A DNA stretch of 64,000 nucleotides, taken from positions 11,594,001 to 11,658,000 of the forward strand of contig NC_086097.1 in assembly GCF_963921235.1 (NCBI RefSeq). The letters are read 5' to 3'. Each line of letters begins with the position of its first letter. Within the stretch, counting starts at the first letter, position 1. Positions 40,010-52,807 of the stretch are shown here, one piece after another. The translations under genes and the position numbers were made by a program. The notes under the pieces are model-generated. The model made no database searches. It worked only from the letters and a program-made list of their open reading frames with translations, and was not told the origin of the DNA. This DNA comes from Mobula hypostoma (lineage: Eukaryota).

Positions 40010-41430
40010 AGCTAGGGCACATCATCAGTGATATTACCTGGGGTCGTCAGGTGTTTTGGGTCTTTCAACATCATACACCCTCGCCCAGTGTTGATCACAC
40101 CCCGGTCTTTGCCCTAGCAGCAACCCATGGATCTGCCCTCTTTATCCAGAGCCACCTTGACGCTTTCTCTGTTGCATCTGTGGTGGTAGAAATGGCTCTC
40201 CTTCTTCCCTCTCCCGTGATTCCAAGTGCAGTGTATACTTTGCAGAGCGACTGGCCTGCAAAGCCACGACACCCAACCTCCACTGGCCAACAATTTGCTC
40301 TCCAGCCTCTTCTTTGGCAGTTGTTCTTCAGATCCTCATTCTTCGCTCTTTTCCACTCGTAGGCCTCCTCCATGCGTTCTTCCCACGGCGCGGTAAGCTC
40401 AAGCATAAGAACGTGCTTCGATGAGTCGGATCACAACACAACGTCGGGCCGCAATGTAGTGTCTGTGATGTGGGGAGGAAACTGCAGCTGTTTTCCCAGG
40501 TCTGCTTTTAGCTTCCAGTCCTGCACAGTGAAGAGCAACCCGGTTGCTTTCTGGTGTTCTGTTGCTCTTTCCCCTCTGACAATGGACAATAGACAATAGA
40601 CAATAGGTGCAGGAGTATGCCATTCGGCCCTTCGAGCCAGCACCGCCATTCACTGTGATCATGGCTGATCATCCACAATCAGTACCCAGTTCCTGCCTTA
40701 TCCCCATAACCTTTGATTCCGTTATCTTTAAAGCTCTATCCATCTCTTTCTTGAAAGCATCCAGAGACTTGGCCTCCACTGCCTTCTGGGGCAGAGCATT
40801 CCATATATCCACCACTCTCTGGGTGAAAAAGTTTTTCCTCAACGCCGTTCTAAATGGCCTACCCCTTATTCTTAAACTGTGGCCTCTGGATCTGGACTCA
40901 CCCATCAACGGGAACATGCTTCCTGCCTCCAACGTGTCCAATCCCTTAATAATCTTATAAGTTTCAGTAAGATCCCCTCTCAGCCTTCTAAATTCCAGTG
41001 TATACAAGCCCAGTCACTCCAATCTTTCAACATATGACAGTCCTGCCATCCCGGGAATTAACTTTGTGAACCCACGCTGCACTCCCTCAATAGCAAGAAT
41101 GTCCTTCCTCAAATTTGGAGACCAAAACTGCACATAGTACTCCAGGTGTGGTCTCACCAGGGCCCTGTACAAAGCAGATGGTATTCTTGTCCGGACTAGT
41201 TTTCCGGCAGATGTTAAGGGTGCTGCAGATTGTCTCAGCAATTGTCCGGAGGACCTGGTCATGCCACCACCGATAACGGCCATCGGCAAGAGCTCTGGGG
41301 CAGCAGCTCAGAATATGCTCTAGTGTACCGGTCTTCTCACAGAGGAGGCAAACTGGTCATTCTGTAAGGCCCCTGCAGTGCAGGTTGGATGGGCTAGGAA
41401 GGACGCCATAAAAGGCCTGGATAAGGAACT
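40010..41430 (-). mobile_element. HERO-clade LINE 3' part (CCHC knuckle plus restriction-like endonuclease), split by a CR1
   Basis: CLLCEKTGTLEHILSCCPRALADGRYRWWHDQVL (about 41255-41350), then LRPDVVL...LELTAPWEE...PVEVGCRGF...ASRWLW. Confidence 0.88.
40583..41168 (-). mobile_element. CR1 3' fragment inserted in the HERO element
   Basis: RPHLEYYVQFWSP...WNALP; (GACAATA)n tail; ACAA duplicated at the junctions. Confidence 0.92.
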
Positions 41431-42866
41431 TGATGCAGTAAATATTTAAAATAAAGTATTTGTCAACTTTTAAACATGTGCTATTTTTCATCCACAATCC
41501 CAACAGACCTGATTGAATTATTAGAGTTTGAATGTTAAATGTGCCTTCATGTTTGCAACCTTTAATATTGAATAAGGGCCAAAGGGCCTGTTTCTGTGCT
41601 GTGGTTTCTATGGTTTTCTATGGTTCTATAATACTGTATATTAAAAAAATACACAAATGTATTACAACTTTTTAAGGTCCAAGTGTATTTCAAATCTGTT
41701 TTAATCAATGGACTGCTTTGAAGTTCAGTTCTCTTGATGCGTGGGCAATATCAGGATACCTGCACGAAGCAAGGTACAGAATTCCAAATAAAAGAATTGT
41801 CATATAGTGGTGGCTGAAAAAGAAACATACTCTTGGAAAATTCTCTATTCTTCTTTACTTCACACTTAAGAATCACTCAGTACTGTCCTGAGAGCCATGC
41901 TAGGGAAGATACAGAATCAATCATTTGAATCAGACGTAAAGTTCTCTGATGCGGGGCCAGAAATCCATCTGACAGATTCAAGAATCCTAATAGAGGATTC
42001 AAGGGTCCTACAAATGGAGACAGACTGATATTTATGCACATCAGAAAGGGGAAAACAATAAATTCTAACTGCAGGATCTTTAGCATTTGAACTTTGGAAG
42101 GAGCTTGTTAGGTGATAAATTTTTGAAAAACTAACTTTTTTAGAATCAGAATCAGGTTTAATATAACTGGCAAATGACAGGAAACTTGTTGTTTTGCGGC
42201 AGCAATACAGTGCAATAAATAATAAAAAAAACTAGAAATTACAATAATATATATATTTATTGTGTTTTCTAGGTTTTTTTATTATCGTGCATTGCACTAC
42301 ATATATATAATTGGATTAAATAATCAGTGCAAACAGAGAACACAAAAAGTAAAAAAAAGTGAGGTAGTGAACATGGATTCATTGCCCAATCAGAAATTTT
42401 GCTGTTGTAGCCACAGAATATTTTGTGCAACGGTAGTGAATGGAACTGTGATTTTATCTTTACTATCCAACCTGATATCTTTGCCCATTCAAGCTGATTT
42501 GATTTAACGTGAGTGAGCTTTACTCCTGCCACCAGAGCAGAAAGTGAAGTGCTTGAAACTCATCCCATTGAAAATGGATCTGACAATTGAAATGAAACTC
42601 AAAGCTTTTCTCCAAAAGCAATAAAAAAGGAACATAAGCGATCAAATCAGAAGAATAAATTTTAACCAAATGCACCTGGTCTGCCATAAAATAAGGTCAC
42701 AGCTACTCTTTTTACCTTAGCAACACTTTCCTTTATCAACCTCACAACTCTTGTTTCACTCACTAACCTCACAATCTTTACTGTGAATATACCTAGTGAC
42801 TAAACTTCCACAGCCCCATAGGATTGAGAATTCCAAAGATTCACTGTCCTCTGGATGAAGAAATAC

Positions 42867-43156
42867 AGTAGCAAAAGTTTGGGCACCCCTCGTCAAAATT
42901 TCTGTTACTGTGAATAGTTAACTGAGTAGAAGATGAACTGATCTCCAAAAGTCATAAAGTTAAAGATGAAACATTCTTTTCAACATTTTAAACAAGATAG
43001 GTGTATTATTTTGGTTATGTACAATTTTAGAGTGAAAAAAAAGGAAAGGAGCACGATGCAAAAGTTTGGGCACTCCAAGAGATTTGAGCTCTCCGATAAC
43101 TTTTACCAAGGTCTCAGTCCTTAATTAGCTTGTTAGGGCCATGGCTTGTTCACAGA
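42867..43156 (+). mobile_element. Tc1 left end (long inverted repeat with two direct repeats), same family as 44162-45847
   Basis: TA|CAGTAGCAAAAGTTTGGGCACCCC and an inner GCAAAAGTTTGGGCAC; 43077-43155 matches 44189-44266. Confidence 0.85.
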
Positions 43157-44155
43157 ATGCTTAACTAAACAATATAGATATGCAAGATTACTCAAATATT
43201 ATTAAAATATTAAATACACAACACTACTCCTTGCTTAGCTAAAAGCTCCTAGTTGAATTTCATGCAATAACATTAACGCACACAGAGTAGATTCTGTTCT
43301 TTATAATCGCAAAGTCAAATGAATAAAACTTTCCTGAAGCTTCTTGAGCTCTCTTCCAGCTTAAAACCAAGCAACATTTCACATGCAACTTCCTGATCAA
43401 CATATCAGAAGATTTCTCAGATAAGTTGCCTACAAAATCTAGTAGTCGGACCACTGCTTTCATCACTTTCATTGTCCTTCGTTGGTCCAATGTGCTTTCT
43501 AACCAGAGGCACAGGTATGGTTTCCAATCAGAAGCACAGAGATTGGCACCAATATTCATGGTGCTCAGCATCCTCCAGTTGTGGCATCCTCCAGTACCTT
43601 TCTTAATTCACTTTCAGCTGGCTTCTTTGCAGGGAATGTAGCACACAAATAGTGAATGGATCTCCAAACAAGTTGTGGTTGTCTCAGCCAATCAGGCCGC
43701 CACAAAGCTGGTCCTTCTGTTTTTACCACATACAAGCTCATTGTGACTTGTTGGTTGTTGTATTTCATTGTTACAGGTGTCCTTCCCACAGGAGTTATCT
43801 TTTCTCCAGTATAAGTTCTTAGTTGAATATCTGCAAGTTTCTGTTTAGTAGTTTTGAAATGCCATTCTGTCATTTTGTGGACAGCTGAGTCAGTGTCCAA
43901 TTCGATTTTAAATAATTTGCCATTCACATCTGGTGTAAGGCACATTGCTTGTCTATCGTTAATTTTCACATTGTAAATCTCAAGGCTATACAGTTCTGTG
44001 TCACTGTCATCATTATCAGACTTTCCATCAGCAGCCTGCAGATTAGTGTTCTTTTTAAACCTCAACTTGACTTTTTAGTTTTTTTTCTTCCCTGAGCAGT
44101 CCATTAATTCTTGCCTGCCGGACATGTTATTTGGAAGTGTCATATTTGGAAATTT
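43157..44155 (-). mobile_element. Gypsy LTR retrotransposon fragment (gag/protease remnant, polypurine tract, start of 3' LTR)
   Basis: ORF 43565-44065 (VNGKLFKIELDTDSAV...LRTYTGEKI.P.G...GPALW.PDWL); purine-rich tract followed by TGTTGTG at 43223. Confidence 0.82.
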
Positions 44156-44161
44156 TACATA

Positions 44162-45847
44162 CAGTGGCATGCAGAAGTTTTGGCACCCCAAGAGATTTGA
44201 GCTCTCAGATAACTTTTACCAAGGTCTCAGACCTTAATTAGCTTGTTAGGGCTATGGCTTGTTCACAACAATCGTTAGGAGGGGCCAGGTATAAATACCC
44301 TGACTCCTCAAACCTTGTCCCAACAATCAGCAACCATGGGCTACTCAAAGCATCTGCCTAGCACTCTGAAAATTAAACTAAATGATGCCCACAAAGCAGG
44401 AGAAAGCGAGAAGAAGATAACAAGGTGTTTTTAGGTAGCCTCAGTTCGTAATGTAATTAAGAAATGGCAGTTAACAGGAACGGTGGAGGTCAAGTTGAGG
44501 TCTGGAAGACCAAGAAAACTTTCCCAGAGAACTGCTCGTAGGATTGCTAGAAAGGCTAATCAAAAACCTCGTTTGACTGCAAAAGACCTTCAGGAAGATT
44601 TAGCAGACTCTGGAGTGTTGGTGCACCATTCTACTGTGCAGCGACACCTACACAAATATGACCTTCATGGAAGAGTCATCAGAGGAAAACCTTTTCTGAG
44701 TCCTCACCACAAAATTCAGTGTCAGAAGTTTGCAAAGGAACATCTAAACAAGCCTGATGCATTTTGGAAACAAGTCCTGTGGACTGATGTAGTTAAAATA
44801 GAACTTTTGGCCACAATGAGCAAAGGTATGTTTGGAGAAAAAAGGGTGCAGAATTTCATGAAAATTACACCTCTCCAACTGTTAAGCAGGGGGGAGGATC
44901 GATCATGCTTTGGGCTTGTGTTGCAACCAGTGGCACGGGGAACATTTCATTGGTAGAGGGAAGAATGAATTTAATTAAATACCAGCAAATTCTGGAAGCA
45001 ATCATCACACCGTCTGTAAAAAAGCTGAAGATGAAAAAGAGGATGGCTTCTACAACAGGATAATGATCCTAAATACACCTCAAAATCGACAATAGACTAG
45101 CTCAAGAAGCGCAAGCTGAAGGTTTTGCCAAGGCCCTCGTAGTCCCCGACCTAAACATCATCAAAAGTCTGTGATGATGATGATGTCGACTCAGGCCTGA
45201 GAGGCCAGCGTTGGGCATTTTCATGCCTTACAAGGCACGGATTGGAAGGCTGTGTGGGGCGCCACTCCTCACACAGACATTTCGCAATATTTTTCTTTAT
45301 TTTACGAGGTCGACTTGCGAGCAGAACACTCAACCGGGCATGGATGGAAAGCGTACTCGGGAATGGCCCAACTGGATTCGAACCCAAGAACCCCTGTTCC
45401 GGAGTCTGGCGCTGATGTCACTGCGCCACCAGCCGACCAAAATCTGTCGATAGACCTCAAAAGAGCAGTGCATGTATGACTGCCCAAGAATCTCAGAGAA
45501 CTGGAAGCCTTTTGCAATGAAGAATGGGCAAAAATCTCTCAAACAAGAATTGAAAGACTCTTAGCTGACTACAGGAAGTGTTTATAAGCTGTGATACTTG
45601 TCAAAGGGGGTATTACTAAGTACTGACCATGCAGGGTGCCCAAACTTTTGCTTCAGGCCCTTTTCCTTTTTTGTTATTTTGAAACTGTAAACGATGGAAA
45701 TAAAAAAGTAATCTTGTTTAAAATATTAAAGAAATGTGTCATCTTTAACTTTATGCCTTTTGAAAATCAAGTCATCTTTTATTCGCTTAGATATTCACAG
45801 TAACAGAAATTTTGACCAGGGGTACCCAAACTTTTGCATGCCACTGT
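44162..45847 (+). mobile_element. Near full-length Tc1 transposon with frameshifted transposase
   Basis: TA-flanked TIRs CAGTGGCATGCAGAAGTTTTGGCACCC and GGGTACCCAAACTTTTGCATGCCACTG; RSGRPRK, VLWTD, QQDNDPK and SPDLNII motifs. Confidence 0.93.
45173..45437 (-). mobile_element. tRNA-derived SINE with an RTE-derived tail, inserted in the Tc1 element
   Basis: A box TGGCGCAGTG, B box GGTTCGAATCC, (CAT)n tail; AAA(G/A)TCTGT duplicated at the flanks. Confidence 0.85.
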
Positions 45848-46065
45848 ATCTCCTTATCTTTGTTCTGAGTGGCCAATCCCATGTTTTAGATTTTACAACT
45901 AAGAAAACCACCAACCTTGACCCAACCCTCCTGAGCCCATTAGAATTGCATATTTCAATGGGCTTATTTTGTATGAAATAGGAAGGATAGACCTAGTCTA
46001 CATAATATCTCCTCATAGAACAAATCTCTTTTACCCCAGGAAACCTTCACTGCATTCCCTTTATT

Positions 46066-49000
46066 AGACCATAAGACCATAAGACAAAGGAGCAGAAGTA
46101 CGCCATTCGGCCCATCGAGTCTGCTCCGCCATTTTATCATGAGCTGATCCATATTATCCTATTTAGTCCAACTGCCCCACCTTCTCACCATAACCTTTCA
46201 TGCCCTGGCTACTCAGATACCTATCAATCTCTGCCTTAAATACACCCAGTGACTTGGCCTCCACTGCTGCCCGTGGCAACAAATTCCATAGATTCACCAC
46301 CCTCTGACTAAAAAAATTTCTTTGCATTTCTGTTCTGAAAGGGCGCCTTTCAATCCTGAAGACATGCCCTCTCATACTAGACTCCCCCATCATGCGAAAC
46401 AACTTTGCCACATCCACTCTGTCCATGCCTTTTAACATTCGAAATGTTTCTATGAGGTCTCCCCTCATTCTTCTAAACTCCAAGGAATACAGTCCAAGAG
46501 CGGACAAACGTTCCTCATATGTTAACTCTCTCATTCCCGGAATCATTCTAGTGAATCCTCTCTGTACCTTTTCCAATGTCAGCACATCCTTTCTTAAATA
46601 AGGAAACCAAAACTGCCCACAGTACTCCAAGTGAGGTTCACCAGCGCCTTATAGAGCCTCAACATCACATCCCTGCTCCTATACTCTATTCCTCTAGAAA
46701 TGAATGCCAACATTGCATTCGCCTTCTTCACTACTGACTCAACCTGGAGGTTAACTTTAAGGGAATCCTGTACGAGGACTCCCAAGTCCCATTGCATCTC
46801 AGAACTTTGAATTCTTTCCCCATTTAAATAATAGTCTGCCCATTTATCTTTTCTGCCAAAGTGCATAACCATACACTTTCCAACATTGTACTTCATTTGC
46901 CACTTCTCTGCCCATTCTTCCAATCTATCCAAGTCTCTCTGCAGACTCTCCGTTTCCTCAGCACTACCGGCCCCTCCACCTATCTTCGTATCATCAGCAA
47001 ATTTAGCCACAAAGCCATCTATTCCATAATCCAAATTGTTGATGTACAATGTAAAAAGAAGCGGCCCCAACACTGATCCCTGTGGAACACCACTGGTAAC
47101 CGGCAGCCAACCAGAATAGGATCCCTTTATTCCCACTCTCTGTTTCCTGCCAATCAGCCAACGCTCTATCCACGTATGTAACTTTCCTGTAATTCCATGG
47201 GCTCTTATCTTGTTAAGTAGCCTCATGTGTGGCACCTTGTCAAAGGCCTTCTGAAAATCCAAATATACAACATCCACTGCATCTCCCTTGTCTAGCCTAC
47301 TGGTAATTGCCTCAAAAAATTGTAATAGGTTTGTCAGGCAGGATTTTCCTTTAAGGAATCCATGCTGAGTTCTGCCTATCTTGTCATATGCCTCCAGGTA
47401 CTCTGTAACCTCATCCTTGACAATCGATTCCAACAACTTCCCAACTACCGACGTCAAGCTAACAGGTCTATAATTTCCTTTTTGCTTCCTTGTCCCCTTC
47501 TTAAATAGCGGAGTGACATTTGCAATCTTCCAGTCTTCCGGAACCATGCCAGAATCTATCGACTTTTGAAAGATCATCGCTAATGCCTCCGCAATCTCCA
47601 CAGCTACTTCCTTCAGAACACGAGGGTGCATTCCATTTGGTCCAGGAGATTTATCGACCTTTAGCCTATTCAGCTTCCTGAGTAATTTCTCTGTCATAAT
47701 TGTGACTGTGCACACTTCTCTTCCCTGCCACCCTTGAGTGTCTGGTATCCTGCTGTCTTCCTCAGTGAAGACTGATGCAAAATACTTGTTCAGTTCCCCT
47801 GCCATCTCCTCATTTCCCATTACAATTTCTCCAGTATCATTTTCTATCGGTCCTATATCTACTCTCACCTGTCTTTTACTCTTTATATACTTGAAAAAGC
47901 TTTTAGTATCCTCTTTGATATTATTTGCTAGTTTCCTTTCATAGTTAATCTTTTCTCTCTTAATGACCTTCTTGGTTTCTTTTTGTAAGGTTTTAAAAAC
48001 TTCCCAATCCTCTGTCTTCCCACTAATTTTTGCTTCCTTGTATGCCCTCTCCTTGGCTTTGACTTCTCTTGTCAACCACGGTAGCATCCTTTTTCCACTC
48101 GAAAATTTCTTCTTTTTTGGAATATACCTGTCTTGCACATTCCTCATTTCTCGCATAAACTCCAGCCACTGCTGCTCTGCCGTCTTTCCCGCCAGTGTCT
48201 CTTTCCAGTCAACTTTGGCCAGTTCCTCTCTCATGCCACTGTAATTTCCTTTACTCCACTGAAACACCGACACATCAGATTTCAGCTTCTCTTTTTCTAA
48301 TTTCACAGTGAACTCAATCATGTTATGATCACTGCCTCCTAAGGGTTCCTTCACCTCAATCTCTCCAATCACCGCCGGTTCATTACACAATACCCAATCC
48401 AGTACAGCCGATCCCCTAGTGGGCTCAACAACAAGCTGTTCTAAAAAGCCATCTCGCAGACATTCTACAAATTCTCTCTCTTGAGATCCAGTGCCAACCT
48501 GATTTTTCCAATCTACTCGCATGTTAAAATCCCCCACAATTATCATAACACCGCCCTTCTGACAAGCCTTTTCTATTTCCAGTTGTAATTTGTAGTCCAC
48601 ATCCCTGCAGCTGTTTGGAGGCCTATAAATAACTGCCATCAGGGTCCTTTTACCCCTGCTATTCCTTAGATCAACCCATAAAGATTTTGCACCTTTTGAT
48701 CCTATATCATCTCTTTCTAATGATTTAATATCATTTCTTACCAATAAAGCCACGCCTCCTCCTCTGTCTACCTTCCTATCCTTCCGATACACCGTGTATC
48801 CTTGGACGTTCAGCTCCCAGAGACATGCATCCTTTAGCCAGGTCTCAGTGACAATATCATACCTGCCAATCTGTAGCTGTACAACAAGATCATCCGCCTT
48901 ATTCCTTATGCTGCGTGCATTTAAGTACAACACCTTAAGACCAGTATTTGATACTTTTTGCTTTGATTTCACTGCAACTTTATTGCACTGCAACTCATCC

Positions 49001-49700
49001 CAATGGCTACACCTTTGCCCCATCACCTGCCTGTCTTTCCTGACATCTTTACTGCTCACTATCTTAGATTTATTTCTGTTTTCCCTTCCCTCCGCTCTAT
49101 CATTCCGGTTCCCATCCCCCTGCCAAATTAGTTTAAACCCTCCCTAACAGCTCTATTAAACTTTCCCGCCAGGATATTGGTCCCCTTCGGGTTCAGGTGT
49201 AACCTGTCCTTTTTGAACAGGTCATACTTTCCCCAGAAGAGATCCCAATTATCCAAGAATCTGAAGCCCTGCCCCCTACACCAGTCTCTCAGCCAGGCAT
49301 TCATCTGCCTGATCCGACTACTCTTGCCCTCGCTAGCACGTGGCACAGGTAGCAATCCCGAGATTACTACCCTGGAGGTCCTGCTTCTCAGCTTCCTTCC
49401 TAACTCCTGGAAATCTCCCTTTAGGACCTCCTCCTTTGTCCTATCTATGTCATTGGTACCAACATGTACCAAGACAACTGGCTGCTCACCCTCCCCCTTT
49501 AGAATATTCTGGACCCGATCTGAGACATTCCGTACCCTGGCACCTGGGAGGCAACACACCATGCGGGTATCTCTGTCAGGCTCACAGAATCTCCTGTCTG
49601 TTCCCCTGACTATGGAATCCCCCACGACTACCGCATTTCTCTTCTCCCTCCTTGTCTCCTGCACAACAGCGCCAGGCTCAGTGCCAGAGACCCGGTCACC
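46066..49700 (-). mobile_element. Nearly intact, 5'-truncated CR1 LINE: ORF1 SGNH esterase domain (49128-49664) and ORF2 APE-RT (46163-49059, one frameshift near 46630)
   Basis: GDSIVRG...HVGTND...DRLHLN; 821-aa plus 155-aa ORF2 segments with [22 protein letters not shown] and FADD; (ACCATAAG)n tail. Confidence 0.97.
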
Positions 49701-50640
49701 ACAAGTATATCCTGCCTGGGAAGGTGACCTGATCTTCAGTCAATATTCTAGATGCTGTCTCACAACGGGCTCAGTCCAATTGCAGAAAGAAAGACATTTT
49801 TACTCTGGTTCTGAAATCTTCAAGCAAAGGACTTGCCTCCCTAACTGCTTAAAGTAGCTTTGTGATTTTATTTAAGTCACAACTTCTGATTCCCATTACC
49901 ATTCAATCCCTGACCAATCTGAAAATTGCACTGCATTTCTATTTTTACTATCCAAGTGGACAACTTGCTGCATTATATTTTATCTGCCATGTGTTTGCTG
50001 ATTCACCTAGCCTTACAACCTCTGCATCCCCCTCACAACCTATGTCCTCACCTACCTTTGTGTCACTGGCAATCCATTGATAATAATCCTGTTTCAGCTC
50101 TCAGATCTTCTTCTGTCAGTCTCTTAAATTTAAATAATCTCCCTCAAAATAGAATAGGCAGATCAGATTTTCAGAACTATGGTCCTAAACTGTAGAATAC
50201 AATATGTAAAACTATTAGGGATGCAGACTCAGTTGACAGTTTTAAACACTGGCTCAAAACCTATTATTTTACCTTGCTTTAAACTGATAACTTTTTGTCC
50301 TTTTTTCATGTTTTTTAAAAAATTTTATTTTCAAGTTTTCACCTCATCTCATTGCAAAACACTTTGAACTATATCACCTGTATGAAAAGTGCTCTATAAA
50401 TAAGATATTGTTATTATCATCAGTATTATTATTATTTTTAAAATTTTTTTTCTCAGCTTAAGCTAGTAAAACATGAGATATGGACATATGGGCAAATGGA
50501 CACACTCATTCCTTAATTGCTAGGAACATTCAGCCTATTCTAGAGGTGTTTAGTATTGTGGTTTTCTGTAGATTTACATAAATTTGTTGTGTAGGCCTAA
50601 TTGTTTAATGCTATAGTGTAGTGTCTTTGGGATGATACCA

Positions 50641-50745
50641 TAAGACTATAAGATATAGGAGCAGAAGGAGGCCATTTGGCCCATTAAGTCTGCTCTGTCA
50701 TTCACTCATCCGATTCACTGATCCGATTCTTCCAGTCATCGCCAC
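50641..50745 (-). mobile_element. Tiny CR1 3' tail insertion
   Basis: TSD ATACCA at 50635-50640 and 50746-50751. Confidence 0.75.
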
Positions 50746-50861
50746 ATACCAGTTGTAGATATTCTTGCTGGATTAATGTATACTCTGTTCATTTTCAACA
50801 GTCTTTCAATTTCTTCTTTTAATTCAGCATATTTCTGGTGTTTTTCACTTATTGATTTCTG

Positions 50862-52807
50862 CATTCATGAGGTTTAGGAAGCAAGGATCAGATGGGTCTA
50901 TTGAGGAATATAGGGAAGCAAGAAAGGAGCTTAAGAAGGGGCTGAGAAGAGCAAGAAGGGGGCATGAGAAGGCCTTGGCGAGTAGGGTTAAGGAAAACCC
51001 CAAGGCATTCTTCAATTATGTGAAGAAAAAAAGGATGACAGGAGTGAAGGTAGGACCGATTAGAGATAAAAGTGGGAAGATGTGCCTGGAGGCTGTGGAA
51101 GTGAGCGAGGTCCTCAATGAATACTTCTCTTCGGTATTCACCAATGAGAGGGAATTTGATGATGGTGAGGACAATATGAGTGAGGTTGATGTTCTGGAGC
51201 ATGTTGATATTAAGGGAGAGGAGGTGTTGGAGTTGTTAAAATACATTAGGACAGATAAGTCCCCGGGGCCTAACGGAATAGTCCCCAGGCTGCTCCACGA
51301 GGCGAGAGAAGAGATTACTGAGCCTCTGGCTAGGATCTTTATGTCTATGCTGTCCACGGGAATGGTACCGGAGGATTGGAGGGAGGCGAATATTGTTCCC
51401 TTGTTCAAAAAAGGTAGTAGGGATAGTCCAGGTAGTTATAGACCAGTGAGCCTTACGTCTGTGGCGGGAAAGCTGTTGGAAAAGATTCTTAGAGATAGGA
51501 TCTATGAGCATTTAGAGAATCATGGTCTGATCAGGGACAGTCAGCATGGCTTTGTGAAGGGCAGATCGTGTCTAACAAGCCTGATAGAGTTCTTTGGGGA
51601 GGTGACCAGGCATATAGATGAGGGTAGTGCAGTGGATGTGATCTATATGGATTTTAGTAAGGCATTTGACAAGATTCCACACGGAAGGCTTATTCAGAAA
51701 GTCAGAAGGCATGGGATCCAGGGAAGTTTGGCCAGGTAGATTCAGAATTGGCTTGCCTGCAGAAAGCAGAGGGTGGTGGTGGAGGGAGTACATTCAGATT
51801 GGAGGATTGTGACTAGTGGTGTCCCACAAGGATCTGTTCTGGGACCTCTACTTTTCGTGATTTTTATTAACGACCTGGATGTGGGGGTAGAAGGGTGGGT
51901 TGGCAAGTTTGCAGACGACACAAAGGTTGGTGGTGTTATAGATAGTGTAGAGGATTGTCAAAGATTGCAGAGAGACATTGATAGGATGCAGAAGTGGGCT
52001 GAGAAGTGGCAGATGGAGTTCAACCCAGAGAAGTGTGAGGTGGTACACTTTGGAAGGACAAACTTCAAGGCAGAGTACAAAGTAAATGGCAGGATACTCG
52101 GTAGTGTGGAGGAGCAGAGGGATCTCGGGGTACATGTCCACAGATCCCTGAAAGTTGCCTCACAGGTGGATAGGGTAGTTAAGAAAGCTTATGGGGTGTT
52201 AGCTTTCATAAGTCGAGGGATAGAGTTTAAGAGTCGCGATGTAATGATGCAGCTGTATAAAATTCTGGTTAGGCCACATTTGGAGTATTGTGTCCAGTTC
52301 TGGTCACCTCACTATAGGAAGGATGTGGAAGCATTGGAAAGGGTACAGAGGAGATTTACCAGGATGCTGCCTGGTTTAGAAAGTATGCATTATGATCAGA
52401 GATTAAGGGAGCTAAGGCTTTACTCTTTGGAGAGAAGGAGGATGAGTGGAGACATGATAGAGGTGTACAAGATAATAAGAGGAATAGATAGAGTGGATAG
52501 CCAGCTCCTCTTCCCCAGGACACCACTGCTCAATACAAGAGGACATGGCTTTAAGGTAAGGGGTGGGAAGTTCAAGGGGGATATTAGAGGAAGGTTTTTT
52601 ACTCAGAGAGTGGTTGGTGCGTGGAATGCACTGCCTGAGTCAGTGGTGGAGGCAGATACACTAGTGAAGTTTAAGAGACTACTAGACAGGTATATGGAGG
52701 AATCTAAGGTGGGGGCTTATATGGGAGGTAGGGTTTGAGGGTCGGCACAACATTGTGGGCCGAAGGGCCTGTATGGTGCTGTACTATTCTATGTTCTATG
52801 TTCTATG
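50862..52807 (+). mobile_element. Young 5'-truncated CR1 (RT to 3' end; single stop at 51737-51739)
   Basis: In-frame 295-aa and 321-aa ORFs; (TTCTATG)n tail. Confidence 0.96.

Noticed and set aside
40015..40090. CTGATGA motif in the HERO 3' UTR as a hammerhead
   Set aside because: I could not build a stem II followed by GAAA and an NUH site around it.
41877..42007. Candidate bridging exon (GPLNPLLGFLNLSDGF...) with acceptor ccatttgtag
   Set aside because: Phase 1 fits, but there is no convincing donor before the stop; left unresolved.
30451..42579. Other small AG...GT candidates on the - strand (about 30451-30506, 33080-33197, 36287-36333, 36686-36726 and 42524-42579)
   Set aside because: Several frames are open and the signals are moderate; they cannot be told from chance without transcript data.
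49177..49857. 226-aa plus-strand ORF
   Set aside because: It is the antisense shadow of CR1 ORF1.
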